DNA of 64,000 nt from Octopus sinensis (GCF_006345805.1 NW_021833429.1:1-64000); one strand, 5' to 3'. Shown: positions 39,608 through 53,830, counted from the stretch's first letter. Notes: generated from the letters alone by a model not told the origin. A program made the numbers and translations.

Positions 39608-40485
39608 TTATGATCAGCCCTGGTTGCCTGGTTACGTGTCAGGCCTATGATCAAGGCCTTTCCATCCATGACAAGGCTGTTTATTTTTGCTCGCTCTTTG
39701 TATAACTCAAACTATATTTTCAAATACAAAATTTTTTTCTCTCTCAAAACTGAACAGTTGCATGAGGGAGATATTTGTACTATTTCGAGCAAGCCGCACA
39801 ACTTGTGGTGAAGGTGACGTTGGAGGCGGTCGACCTATTAGTAGCAGTGGGAGGAGGAGGAAGAGGAGGTAGGAAGAGGAAGAGAAGTGGGAAGAAGAGG
39901 GGAGGGAGGAGGATAAGGAAGAGAGGTGGGGAGGAAGCAGTGGAGGAAGAGGGAAGGAAGTGGGGAGGGGAGGAAGAGGAGGGAGAGGAAGTCGCGAGGA
40001 GAGGGGAGGGGGGAGGAGGAAGAAGATAGAAAGAATGTGCCACAAATCATGGGTTGTAGAGAACGACGAAGGTGAGGGACGTCTTTGGTCAGAGATCTGG
40101 TGGATCAATACTTATTTGGTATGGTTGTATGCAAAAATAATAAGTGAGATGGTTTTGACGTAAATTTCTGCAGTAGTTTCCGCTAAAGTCACCCATAAAC
40201 CGGGTACCGTATTTTGTGGAAAATGCAAACCGATTTACATAATCTAATTTTAGGAGAAATAATGTTTTTATAATTATGATCAGACCTGGTTGCCTGGTTA
40301 CATGTCAGGCCTATGTCAGGTCTTTCCATCCATGACAAGGCTGTTTATTTTTGCTCGCTCTTTGTATAACTCAAACTATATTTTCAAATACAGAATTTTT
40401 TTCTCTCTCAAAACTGAACAGTTGCATGAGGGAGATGTTTGTACTATTTCGAGCAAGCCGCACAACTTGTGGTAAAGGTGACGTT
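39608..40485 (+). repeat. Local direct duplication of about 215 bp (39608-39822 and 40273-40485)
   Basis: TTATGATCAG.CCTGGTTGCCTGGTTAC...GCAAGCCGCACAACTTGTGGT.AAGGTGACGTTG occurs twice with few differences. The unit is a reverse family C repeat. Confidence 0.9.
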
Positions 40486-40840
40486 GATTGAGCAGTGCCC
40501 ATCAGGTACACGCTAAATGCCTGTTACCAGACAAAACTGGTGGACAAATCAACAGAGTGTGTATGCGAAATCGCCAGAAAATGACCATCCTGCCTAATGG
40601 CTTAAATGTCCTGCGATTATTCATGCTACACACCATGGTGATTGTACTACATCTACTTTTGGTGACCAAATGTTAACTACTAGCGCCCGACTACGACTTC
40701 CATCAACCATCCTGTTGATTTCAGAAAACCACAGCAATGTTTGAGTTGAAGGGGAAAATGCATGGTAATTCCAAGTAAGTTTTTATTTTGTAAGCAACAA
40801 CAAAAACAAAAATCTGCGTCTTTCTTACTGCAAAATACGG
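40207..40840. mobile_element. Possible pogo/Tigger-like non-autonomous element
   Basis: Termini TA-CCGTATTTTG and CAAAATACGG, with weak subterminal similarity beyond them. Confidence 0.45.
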
Positions 40841-41536
40841 TTACAGCATTAAAACATCAATTCTGTTACAACAGCAAGGCATGCTAGCCATAGATTCTAA
40901 CAAGTCAGTCAAATAATGAGACGATCGAAAACTCGGAAGATGTGATTACGATGTGGAATTTTTAATCAGTGATTATAATTCCAAATAAGCACGTGTTGTT
41001 TCAGAACATAAATGATAGTAGACTTTAGGAAGATTATTTCTCCATATCCTAAAGTTTCAAACTTATCGTCGTTTATATATTATGCATGCAGAATTCCTAG
41101 AATGGGTTGAGCAACCTTTGACCGATTTTGTAGTCGCAGATCAATCACCATTGTCAGCAGAATTTCCCTAAGTCTCAAGTTTCCTGCTTCTACACGCAAC
41201 GTTCGATCAGCAAATTTCTAATATTGTCATAATAATCATAATAATCGAAGCTACTGAAAGTTCAATAGCATATGAAACTTACACACACACAGACACACAG
41301 ACATTCGCAGGTACACACACACAGAGATGCTGACACACACACCCGTTCGCAAATACAGACACTGACGCTGACACACAAACACCGTGAGTGTGTGTTTGTG
41401 TGTGCACGCACGCGCGCATGTGTCTTACAAACCTGTTCTTCTGTTTCCGTTGTGAAGAATAGAAAGAGATAATTTACGAACGAAAGGAGAGAGGAAGAAA
41501 GGTAAAGAGGTTGATAGAAGGATGAAGATAAGGCGG

Positions 41537-41594
<58 letters not shown>

Positions 41595-42875
41595 ATGACG
41601 TATTTATTGGTTTGCATGGCAAATAGGCGCTACCAAACTTTGTTTACACATTTCTTTTTCTATACTGTACCGCTGTATATTATTTTGATATTGTTTCTAT
41701 TCAAACTTCAAATCAATAAATCTAAGATATATCTCAGTTAAGGAAATGAGATAGAAGAGAAATTATTGTAGTTGTTGTTGATGTTGAGACTGATGTCAGC
41801 CTTAAATGAGAAGTCCTGCAATACATTATCTAGTGTACACTTGTTTTAATTTTAAGACGACAGGTTGAGATGTGAGAGTGACTTGGTTGCCATTTCTAGT
41901 AAGAAGTGACCACGTAAGAGTTTCTTGTTTCTCGCGTTACAAAGTGAAACGTGAACAAAGACGACTTGCCTCTCTAGTAGAGCGCAGCACTTGTGTTTTA
42001 CAAACGAAAAATAAAATGAGCTAAGGGGAAATAACTCAAATAGGCACGTGTCCTTTATCTGAAATATTAAATTAAGGTGTGATATACTAAATCAAGAGTT
42101 TACACAAAATTCCATCGATAAGTTTTAACGAATCTCCATGAAAAGGGGGGATAACTCCAAAAAATTAAAATTTCATCTCTTATGCTTAGAGGAAGGAAAG
42201 TTTGACGTTTTGGATGCGAGGAGCAACCTGTTTCGGCCTGTAGACTTCATCAGTACGGTATTTCCCTAATCATTTGACAAAGGTTTATATATATATATGT
42301 ATGCAGAAAAGAATTCCAAATAGTTTTGGTCAATCTAATTGGAAGCTGTCCTTTTTTAGCAAGTAATTCGATCTGAGGTTTTATGTATTAAAACTGGAGT
42401 AATTGCAGATCTCTTTTAGCCGTCGAAAAATAGTTTAAACGTATAATATCTAATGTGTCAAAATTTTCGTCACACTTCTGCGACCTGTCACTGACAATCC
42501 TACTGTGTCTGTGATCGTGAAAAACACATACTTTTCTAAATGTTGCCTTAGACCACTAAATATCTTGTGTAGCCCACTTGTAGAATATAAGCCCACCTTG
42601 TGCAACATAGTTTATCACAGTAACCAGTGGAGCTTTGGTCAGCAATTACCTTGTTACCATCTAGCTCTGAGTCCAATTACTTTTCATGCTCGCCGCAAAC
42701 TTAATCCAATCAACGGTGGAAGCCCTGCATGTTTTCTCCATCTGGTAGACTCATCTGTCAAATCCCCAGCAAATCGTACCATAACATTTCCTTTAACGAA
42801 GACATATTAAATGTATTTTTGGATACACAAAAAGACAGGAATTACTTTAATCATAAGACTTTTCTGGATCAGGCC

Positions 42876-42888
42876 AGGTCAAAGGTCA
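42876..42888 (+). promoter_or_regulatory. Perfect DR1 nuclear receptor element AGGTCA-A-AGGTCA
   Basis: Exact consensus for RXR/COUP-TF/HNF4-type sites. It could also be part of an old repeat. Confidence 0.3.
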
Positions 42889-44318
42889 AGCTATACGATT
42901 CCTTCTGCGGTGCTCTACTTTGAATCGCCTACAACAACAAAGACGAAATATTCGGTAGTGATGTCACAGCAACAATGCATTACGGGAAAGTTCCCTTTTA
43001 TGATGAGTTGATAGAATTTATAAATTTATTCGAAAACCCCAACATCGTTATTGCTCCCGTAAATTCTAATATAAAATTTAGGATTTATGGAGGGTTAAGT
43101 ATAAGAACAAAAAAGTGACTGTGGAAACGTAGAAGGAAACCGAACGAAAACAAACATGCAGGGTCGTTAGATCAGAACGAGAGGAAAATAGTGAACGCTG
43201 GGAGAAACATCACTTTTTGAAAAGAGTAAAGATAGAAGAGAGAGAGAGAGAGAGAGAGAGAAAATACACGTCCGTTCTTTTGAACGCCCGTGCAGGAAAA
43301 GGAAGATGGTCACGTGAGGAAAAGAAAGATGGACGATGGTCATGTGTGAGCAACGAGAGAGAGGTACAAAAGAGAAAGAGAAAGAGAGGAGAGAGAGACA
43401 GATAGAAAACGGTGAAAGGGGGAAGGAGAGAAAATGGGAATTAGAAAAGGATGGAGGAAGAAAACAGTATAGAGTAAAGAGTCGCATCAAAAAGGTGAAG
43501 ATAAACTTACTTGAAAATGGATGCGCCGCTTTATACACACACATATATACATAAGGATAAGCATATTAAAAGAGGTCCGTGGGAAAACTTATTTAAATAA
43601 AAGGGGTCCTTGGTAGTGAAAAGGTTGGGAACCGCTGAAATAGATGGTAGCATCTGTGATGAAGTCATGTACTCTAGCTTTGTCTCACTTTCCCCCTCTC
43701 TCTCTCTTTTCTATCTCTTTCCTTCGCATACACACATATATGCACGTACACCTCTATATTCACCTACATATATACACACATACACACGCACAAAAAAAGA
43801 AACAGATCATATTTATCGTTTATTTAACCACAAGTCAAACAAGTGGTAGTTTGTACAAGCAAATAAAATGGAAGATAAATGCCTTTGTGCTTAGCTGGTA
43901 TAAGAGCAGACACATTTTAGTGTGAACGGGGATTGTTCAGTGATTCTGTCGCTTTGTTTCGCTTCCACACCACACCACACCATCGAAATAACCCACCTCG
44001 CCATCCCTGTTCACCTTTTATTTCGTTTGTACCACCACAAAAGACTGATGTCGAAGCAGCGAAGCCACACCTATTCTGTGTAACTTGTTGAAAAGAGAGC
44101 GAGAGAGAGAAGGAGAGAGAGGCTGGGAGGAAGGCAAAAGAAAAAAGAAAATGTTGGAGAGAGAGAGAGAGAGAGAGAGTAAAAGGGAAATGATGATAAA
44201 GAAAAGAGAAAGGAAAGAAAAAAATCTCATACATATTATATAACCACAGATTGACTGTTGTTCTCGCCTCGCTTCGCCTCACCTCGTCTTTCTCTCTTTC
44301 TCTCTCTTTCACACACGC

Positions 44319-44372
<54 letters not shown>

Positions 44373-44849
44373 ACTCTATCTCTCTCCCTCACCTTATTTC
44401 TCTGTTTCTGTCTCTCTGTGTTTCTCTCACCCCATCTTTCTCCCTCAGTTTCTCTCTTTCTCTCTCTCTCTCTCTCTGTTACTCACTCTCACCATGTTTC
44501 TCTGTTTTTCTCAGTCTCTCTGTGTTGTTCTCTCCCTCTGTTTCTCTCCCCCTCTCTTTCTCTCTCTCTCTGTTACTCTCTCACCCTGTTCCTCAGTCTC
44601 TATCTCTCTGTGTTTCACTCACCTCACTCTCTCCCTATGTTTCTCTCCCCCTCTCTTTCTCTCTCTCTCTCTCGCTCTCCACACACACAAAACTAGATTT
44701 ATTATTACAGATTGTTGCCAATGTGGATGGAATGTTACAAGCACAAAACGAGCAGATTGAAAGAACACGCGCAACGGATAACAGCAAAAACAAAAAAAAA
44801 CAATAAATAAATAAAAAAAAAAATCCCCCTCCAAAAGAAGGGAAGAAAA

Positions 44850-45250
44850 TTAACATGGCCGCCACCACTTTCTCTCGCTTTCTCTTTTTTTCCCTATTTT
44901 GTGACGTCATTAAGGTGTCATTGTTTTTGTCACGTAACGCAGTATCGATTGGAAGGCTTAGGTGGGTCAAAGTTTACTCGCGATTTCGTAGCCACTTAAC
45001 ACTCTAGCTAAAGGTATAAACAAGAAAATAACAACAAAAAGTTTTTTTTTAAATAAGCAACAAAGCGAATTGCGTGCATGCGTGTGTGTGTATGTATGTG
45101 CGTGTGTGTGTGCATGTGTGTGTGTGCGCGCGTGTGTACGCTTTTAATGTTAAGCAACGGCGAAGCTCGCTTCTCTTTATACCGCTCTGTCCACTTGTAA
45201 ACATCGCCGCCATTTTCTTGCAGTCCTGCCTTTCAAATTTGCTTATTTCC
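44850..45250. promoter_or_regulatory. Promoter- or enhancer-like island
   Basis: Unique CpG-retaining sequence with YY1-like AACATGGCCGCC (44852), full CRE TGACGTCA (44902-44909), ATTGG (44948), DR1-like GGGTCAAAGTTTA (44964) and YY1 GCCGCCATTTT (45206-45216). Confidence 0.4.
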
Positions 45251-45304
45251 TCTATTTGACCGTTGTATACACAGCAACATCCGAACGAAGATGGATTTTG
45301 TTTA

Positions 45305-46445
45305 AGCGGTGAGCTGTCAGAATCGTTAGCACTGCAGGGCAAAAAATGCAGTGTGGCATTTCGTTTGTCTCTGCGTTTTGAGTTCAAATTGCACGGAAGA
45401 CGGCTTTACTTTTTTTTTTTTTTTTCATGCTTTCGAGATAAATAAGACAAATAACTGTTCCGCACTGGGGCCGGTGTAACGAAGTAGCTCCGTTCTTACG
45501 AATTACAAACTTTGTGCCTCTAACAGAAAGGATTATCATTTCGGGGTCGATTAATTAAATACCAGTTACGCACTGGGGTCGATATAATCGACTTAATCCG
45601 TTTGTCTGTACTTGTTTGCCCCTCTATGTTTAGCCCCTTGTGGAAAGTAAAGAAATAGAAATAGGTATTTCGCCCGTCGCTACGTTCTGAGTTCAAAATT
45701 CCACCGAGGTCGACTTTGCCTTTTATCCTTCGGGGTCGGTAGATTTAAGTACAAGTGAAACGGTGGGGTTGATGTAATTGACTAGTCCCTCCCCACACAT
45801 TTGAGGCCTTGTGCCTCCAGTAGAAAAAAATATCATAGCTGTCATTCTGGTGGCGAGTAGGCAGAATCGTTAGCACGCCGGACGAAATGTTTAACGGCAC
45901 TTCGTCCGACTCCACGTTCTGAGTTCAAATTCCTTCGAGGTCGCCTTCACTTTTTATTCTTTCGGGGTCGATGAAATAAGTACCAGTCAAATAGTGGGGT
46001 CGATATAATCGACTAGTCCCCTCCCCCGAAATTGCTGGCCTTGTGCCAAAATTTTAAATCATTCTTAAGGCAGCGAGCTGGCAGAATTCTTAACCCGTCT
46101 TTTGACTACGAGTTCAAATTCTGCCATAGTCTATTTTGCCTTTCATCGTTGTGGAGCCGATAAAATAAGTACCAGTGATACACTGAGGTCAATCAAATTG
46201 ACTTAGCCCCATCCCTGAAATTGCTGATCTTATGCCCAAAAATTGAAAACAGTATTAAGGCGGTTAGCTGGCAGAATTGTTTGCGCGTCGAACAAAATGC
46301 TTACCGGTATTTCTTGCAGCTCCTTAACCTGGGAGTTGAAATTCCGCCGAGATAACATGCGAGGGCGATAAAATCAGTACCAGTAGAATAGAAACTCTTC
46401 CCTCAGAATTGGTGTCCTTGTGCTAAAATTGAAAACAGTTGTTAT
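45305..46445 (+). mobile_element. Head-to-tail array of about 6 family B SINE units
   Basis: Heads at about 45305, 45850, 46068 and 46259, plus internal units at about 45540 and 45660. All are in the same orientation with different divergence. Confidence 0.85.
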
Positions 46446-46580
46446 TCGTAGAAATAACGAAGAAGAAATTGGATGTTGTGTGTTTCGGACAGATTGCTTT
46501 CCAATTGAGCTGAAGTTCTTCAGAAGCTAATTCGGCTATTCACTTTTCTGGGATCATTGGATAGTTAATTTCCATTATAT

Positions 46581-46673
<93 letters not shown>

Positions 46674-47534
46674 AACACACACACACACACACACACATAT
46701 AGATATGCATATATATGCATACACACACACACACACTGTTATGCAGATGCGCGTGCGTGCACCGGCAATTCACTCTTGATCATTTTCCAAATACAAAAAG
46801 AAAAGAAAAATGGAGCAGTCTCCGTCACCAGCTATTGACCAAAACGGGTCCAAGGCTTATATAACAAGACTGAATCCCCCACAAAAATACACAACGGTGG
46901 GAGTGAATCCCGAACCCGGAAGTACGTGATAGCGAAACGAACGTTCTTAACCACATGACCACTTATAATAATGCACTTCCTCATTTGTTTGTTTTTTCCT
47001 ATAGTGCAAGACGCAAAACCCGGCTTCGGCACCATTTTTGTCATTTGTCTCGATCATGCCCCGACACGCACACACACCGTTCTCCTTTTGGCAATGAAAT
47101 AAATCACCAACCTCCTCATCATCAAAATTATTATTATTATTATTATTACTGTTGTTGTTGTTGTTGTTATTGTTATCTCTTTGGTGTTGTGTTTTGTTTT
47201 ATTTATTTATTCATTTATTTATCTAAATATAACTAATGGCAGTCGTGTTTAAAAAAAAAAGGATAAAGTTAGCAGAGAGTCTGAAGTCTAAATCTTTGTC
47301 GGATATTTACGACACATTAGAAATGGCAACCGGAAATTAAACCTCTTCCAAAATGCACCAAAGAGTCAAGTATTTTTATGGATTTGTCTCTCCAGATAAA
47401 ACTGCATTTTCGCAACGAAGCGTAAGCAGCAGAGAAAACACATTTATACACACACACGTTAATAAGCACACACACTCTTTCTTTTCTTTCTTTCCCTGCC
47501 ATACAAACATATATAAGTGTACGTGTGTGTGTAC

Positions 47535-47573
<39 letters not shown>

Positions 47574-47767
47574 GGCGTCGTCGTACAACAAGCAATCAAC
47601 TCCTCTAACGATCAAAGCAGAGAGTTAGTGGGGATTTTTCCGTATTTCCGTATATTGTCGCTGAAGATTGAACATTCTAAGCCTAGAGCTCTTTCGTTTT
47701 ATAGAAAAACGCAAACAGATCCTCAGTGATTTTTCTCTTTCCTCTTTTAATGCTTTCTACTCATTAT

Positions 47768-47902
<135 letters not shown>

Positions 47903-48350
47903 ATATATTATATATACACACATAGGAATACCAAGTCCATGCCAATGTTCTTTTCTCTTATTATTGATGTGCTTTTTATATTACGCTATGGCCCTTCTCC
48001 AATGGGGTCACGTAACAGGAGCGCAGCGTGATTACAAGTAACAAACGAAACATGAACGGTAAATTTATCGCGCATTGAGCGCTTACATTTCCACATTATA
48101 TATGTGTGTGTGTAATGCTTTGAGGGAAATTTAGCTGCTAATTCCAGCAAGCCAACCAACACCGTAGTGGCTCTTTCGATGACTGCGATCTGTGTTTTGT
48201 GCATACGGTGTGTGTTATCTAGCCGCTATTTATAGTGACTACGTAGACGCTCGCTGAATAATTCATGTATGAGCTGATAATGTCATTCTCAAATCTGTTG
48301 GAGATTCCCAGGAACCTTATGAATTTGCGTTGCCACTGCTGGTGATATGC

Positions 48351-48402
<52 letters not shown>

Positions 48403-48420
48403 TAGTAGCAGCAGCAGTAG

Positions 48421-48752
48421 TGTGAAGGTGCATGGCTCAATGGTTAGAGTGTCGGGCTCACAATCACGAGGTAGTGACTTCCATGACCGGACCGGGTTAT
48501 GTGTTGCGTCCTTGAGAAAGGCACTTTATTTCACTCAACTGCAGAAATGAGATGACATCACTGGTGCCAAGCTGTATCGGCCCCTTTTGCCTTTCTCTTG
48601 GATATCATCGGAGACGTGAGGAGGGGTGGCTGGTGTGCATGGGCGACTGCTGGTCTTCCACAAACAACCTGGCCTGGACTTGTGCCTCGGAGAGGAACAT
48701 TCTAAGTGCAATCCCATGGTCATTCATGACCGACGAGGTGTTTTACCCTTTT
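48421..48752 (+). mobile_element. tRNA-derived SINE, family E (CORE/V-like GTCCTTGAG.AAGGCACTT box)
   Basis: GCATGGCTCAATGGTTAGAGTG A box. Reverse-orientation heads of the same type at about 2130-2195, 38280-38350 and 49115-49185. Confidence 0.7.
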
Positions 48753-48790
<38 letters not shown>

Positions 48791-50138
48791 ATAGTACGGG
48801 GGCATGCGCTGTAATAGCACATTGCTGCTTCCACCATCTGTTGGAGATACCTTACTACTACTGGCGGGCGACATCCTTGCACCAACCTAAGAAATAACCC
48901 CCACTCCCACCCCATCCCCAGACCACGGGTCATTTTGCGTAGTCGTTGCCGATGAGGATTTTACGAAGTCGGAGTGCAAATCCTAGTTCAAACTGTTTTT
49001 CGCCTTTCACGATGCGCAGAAGAAAAGTTGCATCTATTCTTTTGCTGCTTGTCATTTTCCACACAGCTCTAGAGTAGATGAATTGATTGGCTCCAGAACA
49101 TAACACGCTGCCTGCTCTTGGAATCGAACCTACTATCTAGCGATCGAGGGTGCAACATCGTAACCACTAGGCCATGCACATTCACAATGTGATATGCTTC
49201 TCACCTAATTAATGTTTGGTTGGCGTTTGCTGAGGCAAAGCTGACAAATTTCAAGCCTGAACCCGGAATGGATAACGTGAATGGAGAATTCTTTGGACTA
49301 TATTCCCTGATTCTTCCCTCACTGCTCCTAAATGTTCTTGAAATTGGCAGAGTTCATCAGGAGTTCAAACTCACCAAGACACTTTGGAAAGGAAGGAAGA
49401 GAGGAAGACAGACAACGGTACATACGTACGCATGCACACGAGCACAGCAATTATATACACTAGTATCCGCGACAATTACAAACGCACAGACGTGTGTGGT
49501 TGTGTGTGTGTGTGTGTGTGTTTATATAGGTGTGTGTATGTGTGTGTTTGGCTGTGTGCGTGTATGTGTTTATATATATATGTGTGTGTGTGCATGTATG
49601 TATGTGTTTGTGTATATATGTATGTGTGTGGTTGTGTGTTTGTATGTGTATGTATATATATATATGTCTATGTGTGTGTATATGTGTGTGCATGTGTGTG
49701 TGTCTGTACACATAGGCAAACACATACAAATATGCTTCCAGCCAATATTTATCCGCTCACCATTTTATATTGTAAATTATTCCAAGAGTCCTCACTATCT
49801 TTTACACACACCTCCCTCATTCTCTCTCTATCTCTCTATCTATTCATCTATACTCTCTCTCATTCTCTCTGTCTCTACCTATCTATTTATCTATACTCCC
49901 CCCTCTCTCTCTCTCACACACGCATTCTTTCTTGTGCACACACCGTAGTGTCTCGCACTCAATCTCTCTCCTTTTCGCAAAACACTTTTTCAATACTTTT
50001 CCTCTCTCTCTCTCTCTCTCTCATCTCCGTCTACCTCTTTCATTCTTGCATACACGCACACACAGTCTCTCTCCTTCTCTCAGACACATCCTATCTCCCC
50101 ACTTCCCTCTCTCTCAATCTCTCTCTCTATCTCTCTAA

Positions 50139-50177
<39 letters not shown>

Positions 50178-50742
50178 GCACGCAGATATCCTCTCTTTTG
50201 CATTCGTCATATTCTCTTTCTCACTCTCAATCTCTCTCTTTTTCCCAAAACACTTTTGCAATTCCACCCCTTATCCAACACCACCTCCTTCTTTCCCGCT
50301 ACCTCACTCGTTGCACACATACACATGCTAACATACACATCCATTCACATGCACATACACACATGCATATACACGCTCTCCCAAAGTTAATCTCTCTCTC
50401 TCCTTTCTCACTTTCTTCCCTTCTTCACCATTTCTCTCTCTCTCTCTCTCACTCTCTCAAGGACACACAAATCACCACCACCAGCTCCACCACCACCACG
50501 TATCTACCCAGCATGCCTTGCTCTACACACATACTCTTCGTCCATTATAACACCTTTGTAAACACCGATTCCCCACTCCCACCGTTATCCCTCCCCCACC
50601 GATACACTGGCCACCATCACCTCCACTCACCCTCACTTCTAGACCTCACTCACACTCACCGATGATAATCATTTATATCCGATTCTTTATCGTTCTTTTT
50701 TGCGCTTTTTTCTTATTTGTTTTAAATATTTTATATTTCAAT

Positions 50743-50789
<47 letters not shown>

Positions 50790-50969
50790 GTGTGTGTGTG
50801 TGTGTATGTATGCATGTATGTATGTATGCATGTAAATGTGTGCGTATATGCACATATATATGTGTACGTATATATATGTGTAAGTATGTGTATATGTGTG
50901 TGCATGTATGTTGTGTATATGTATATTATATGTCTGTATGATTATGTGTGTGTGTGTGTGTGCATACAA

Positions 50970-51096
50970 ACACGCGCGCGCGCCGTTGTTTACGTCTTCA
51001 ATCAGTGATGTGCTTACGGCCATGTTTAACAACGGCAAACGAGAAACACGGTCTCGTTCTCTCATTGGTCCGTCACACGCGTCAAATGACTAGAAC

Positions 51097-51148
<52 letters not shown>

Positions 51149-51230
51149 AGAGGACATTGTGTCTGCGCCATTTGTTGTTGGTGAGGGGACATCACCATTA
51201 TAAAGGTCTTGATTAATTACCGTTTCACGA
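50970..51230 (+). promoter_or_regulatory. Promoter-like CpG-rich island
   Basis: (CG)n run, TGTTTAC forkhead-type word (about 50987), ATTGG (51064), GCGCCATTT (51165) and TATAAA (51199-51204). Confidence 0.35.
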
Positions 51231-51934
51231 CTTCTATCTTATCCGCCATTCCTGTAGAATATTTTTGTTGCTAGTTTTTTGTTTGTTTTACTTTTTTATT
51301 GCCTTCTAAAGCATTTTTCTTTATATTTTTATTTCAATTATTCTTTTTGTATCTTATTTTGTTCTTTATCCAGTTTTTCCTGCTTCTTGGATTGTCTTCG
51401 TCCGCGTGGTCGTTATGGCCGTGGTACTGCTGCGGTGACTTGTGTCATTAGGGGTGGTAGTTATGAGGTTGGTGATGATAGAGAGGGAGGTGCTAGTGGT
51501 GGTGGTGGTGGCATTGGTGATGATGGTCGTAATGATGGTAGTGGAAGGGTTGGAGATAGTGGTATTTGTAGTAATGGCGGCAGTGGTAGTAGTGGTTGTG
51601 GTGTTAGCGAAAGTGGTATTCGTAGTGCTGATAGAAGTGTTGTTGTTGTTGTTGTTCGTGGTTGTGGTGGTGGAAGTAGTTTTGGTGGAGGCGATGGTGA
51701 TGGGTGGTAGTGGAGGCGATGCAGGCGGTGGAGGCGATGGTGGTGGTGGTGGTGGTGGTGGTAGAGGTTGGGTGGGGTGTGTGGTGGGTGAAACGATGGT
51801 GAATACGAAGGACCAGTGCATTGTCACGTGACTGCAACAGCAGTAATCAACCAGCTTTCTTTTCACCACCACCGACATGAGCCCCAAAATATAGGTGTCC
51901 TCTACGTGGCCGCCCGACCTGATGTCTCTCTCTC

Positions 51935-51979
<45 letters not shown>

Positions 51980-51999
51980 TCACACACACACACACACAC

Positions 52000-52036
<37 letters not shown>

Positions 52037-52062
52037 GCAAACACACACATACACACACACAC

Positions 52063-52120
<58 letters not shown>

Positions 52121-53345
52121 GTCTGTGCGTGTACAAACACACTTATATACGCATGTATATATTACACATACACACGCCATCTTTAATCATTTATGTGCTT
52201 TCAGCCATGTTTAACAACAGCAAATGAGAAACGCCGAATCCGACATGCCTCCAATCAAACCCATCCTTCTTAATAATGCAACGACACATTGTACAATGGA
52301 GTCCCTGAAATACAAACAAACAGAAGGATTATGACGATTGAGCAGCTCAATCAGGCTTGACCCGGGGCTAAACAATAGCATCGGCAACCTTTTCAATCAT
52401 CATCGTTATCATTACCATCACCAGCTTCATCGTCAGCATCATTATAATCTCCGGCTTTGCCATCATCTACATCATCATCATCATCATCATCATCATCGTC
52501 ATCATCATCAACATAGTCGTCATTGTCATCCTGACCCTCGTCGTCGCCGTCCCTGACTCCACCACCATCATGACCAGCACCATTCTCTCCTCTTCCCCTT
52601 CCTCATTATTATCATAATCATCATTATTCTCATCGTTATCTTCATTATTATCAGTATTATTATTATTATTATTATTATTATGGTAATTTTCATTATTATT
52701 ACTAGTATCATCCTAATAACCATCATCATAATCATCATCATCATCATCGCAGTCCTTACTCCCCATCATTATCATCATCTCCTCTACTATCCACATCGTC
52801 TTCATCCTTTACTATTGCTAACATCTTCATCAGCAACATCCCCACCACCACTACCACCACGAAGATCATGCAAGCACTATAGAAGGAAGCACAGATTCTC
52901 GCCGTTCCAATATGTCGGTTGGTCTCTTAGCGAAAAAAGTATTTATATTGTTATTTCACCCTGAAGAACAACGCCTTTATTTTATACGTTCACTTACCTC
53001 TACAATAAATTGATTATGTAAAGGGATTACTTATAGATACTTCCTACATCTTTCCAACTAATTTTGTTAATTTTTCTAAATATTGATGTCTATAATGAAT
53101 GAAATGAAAAATAAGGAAAGTTTCTAACAATGGTTATTGCAGATGGCGGAATCAATAATAAAAACACATTTACTTGAGTGTATTCTTTCAAAGACGAGCC
53201 TTTGCGGCCGAAAAATAAAGGTTTTTTTTTTAAAATGCCTTCAATTTTAGAAGCTATCTTTATTTCTCATTTCATTCGTTATTCTACTTTTGTATTACAA
53301 TGCTTCAAGGGAACTACAAAGCTCTTCTTAAAATTTTTATATTTC

Positions 53346-53830
53346 TATTGTCATGAATATTGAGTAATGACCGAAAGGATAAGATCGCGAATACAAGCGA
53401 CCGAAATGGGACTCTACCGAAGGACATCTGGTGTAACGTTACTCGATAAAGTGCGCAGCTCAGAAATCAGGAAGTCTCTCCAAGTCGAGTCGTTACTTTA
53501 CAGTCCTGAGTAGTCACAGCTCCAGTACAACGGGCATGGGATTAGAAGGTCGTAGGAAAAAAATCACAAGATGGCTCCTTCAAAGCAAGTCAACTGGCGG
53601 GAGACCTAAGAGGTAGACCAAGAACGTAATGGTTGGATAAAAGCCAAAGTCGCACTTGATCAGGCTTAGAAATTCAGCCGGCAAGTCTAACGACGGTTGT
53701 TTCTAATAAGGCCTTATGGAGGAGATGCTTAAGAAATCTACCCCCAGGAATAGTGGTGGAGAAGATCGAGGGATGAATAGTCGGATACCTTTCTATGTAT
53801 GTATGTATGTATGTATGTATGTATGTATGT
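53346..53830 (+). mobile_element. Degenerate RTE-clade LINE 3' fragment
   Basis: Reads approximately YCHEY*VMTERIRSRIQATEMGLYRRTSGVTLLDKVRSSEIRKSLQVESLL...SQLQYNGH...GRP/RGRPRT*WLD, with stops and a frameshift. This is the typical RTE C-terminus. Ends in (TATG)n. Confidence 0.85.

Noticed and set aside
42470-43020. Unique stretch tested as an exon or transposase relic (also 9907-10090, 7430-7680, 34390-34520)
   Set aside because: The frames I translated gave no recognisable motif. A translated search (BLASTX/HMMER) would be needed.
44738-44760. TGGAATGT, the miR-1 seed
   Set aside because: The rest of the sequence does not match miR-1 and there is no precursor hairpin.
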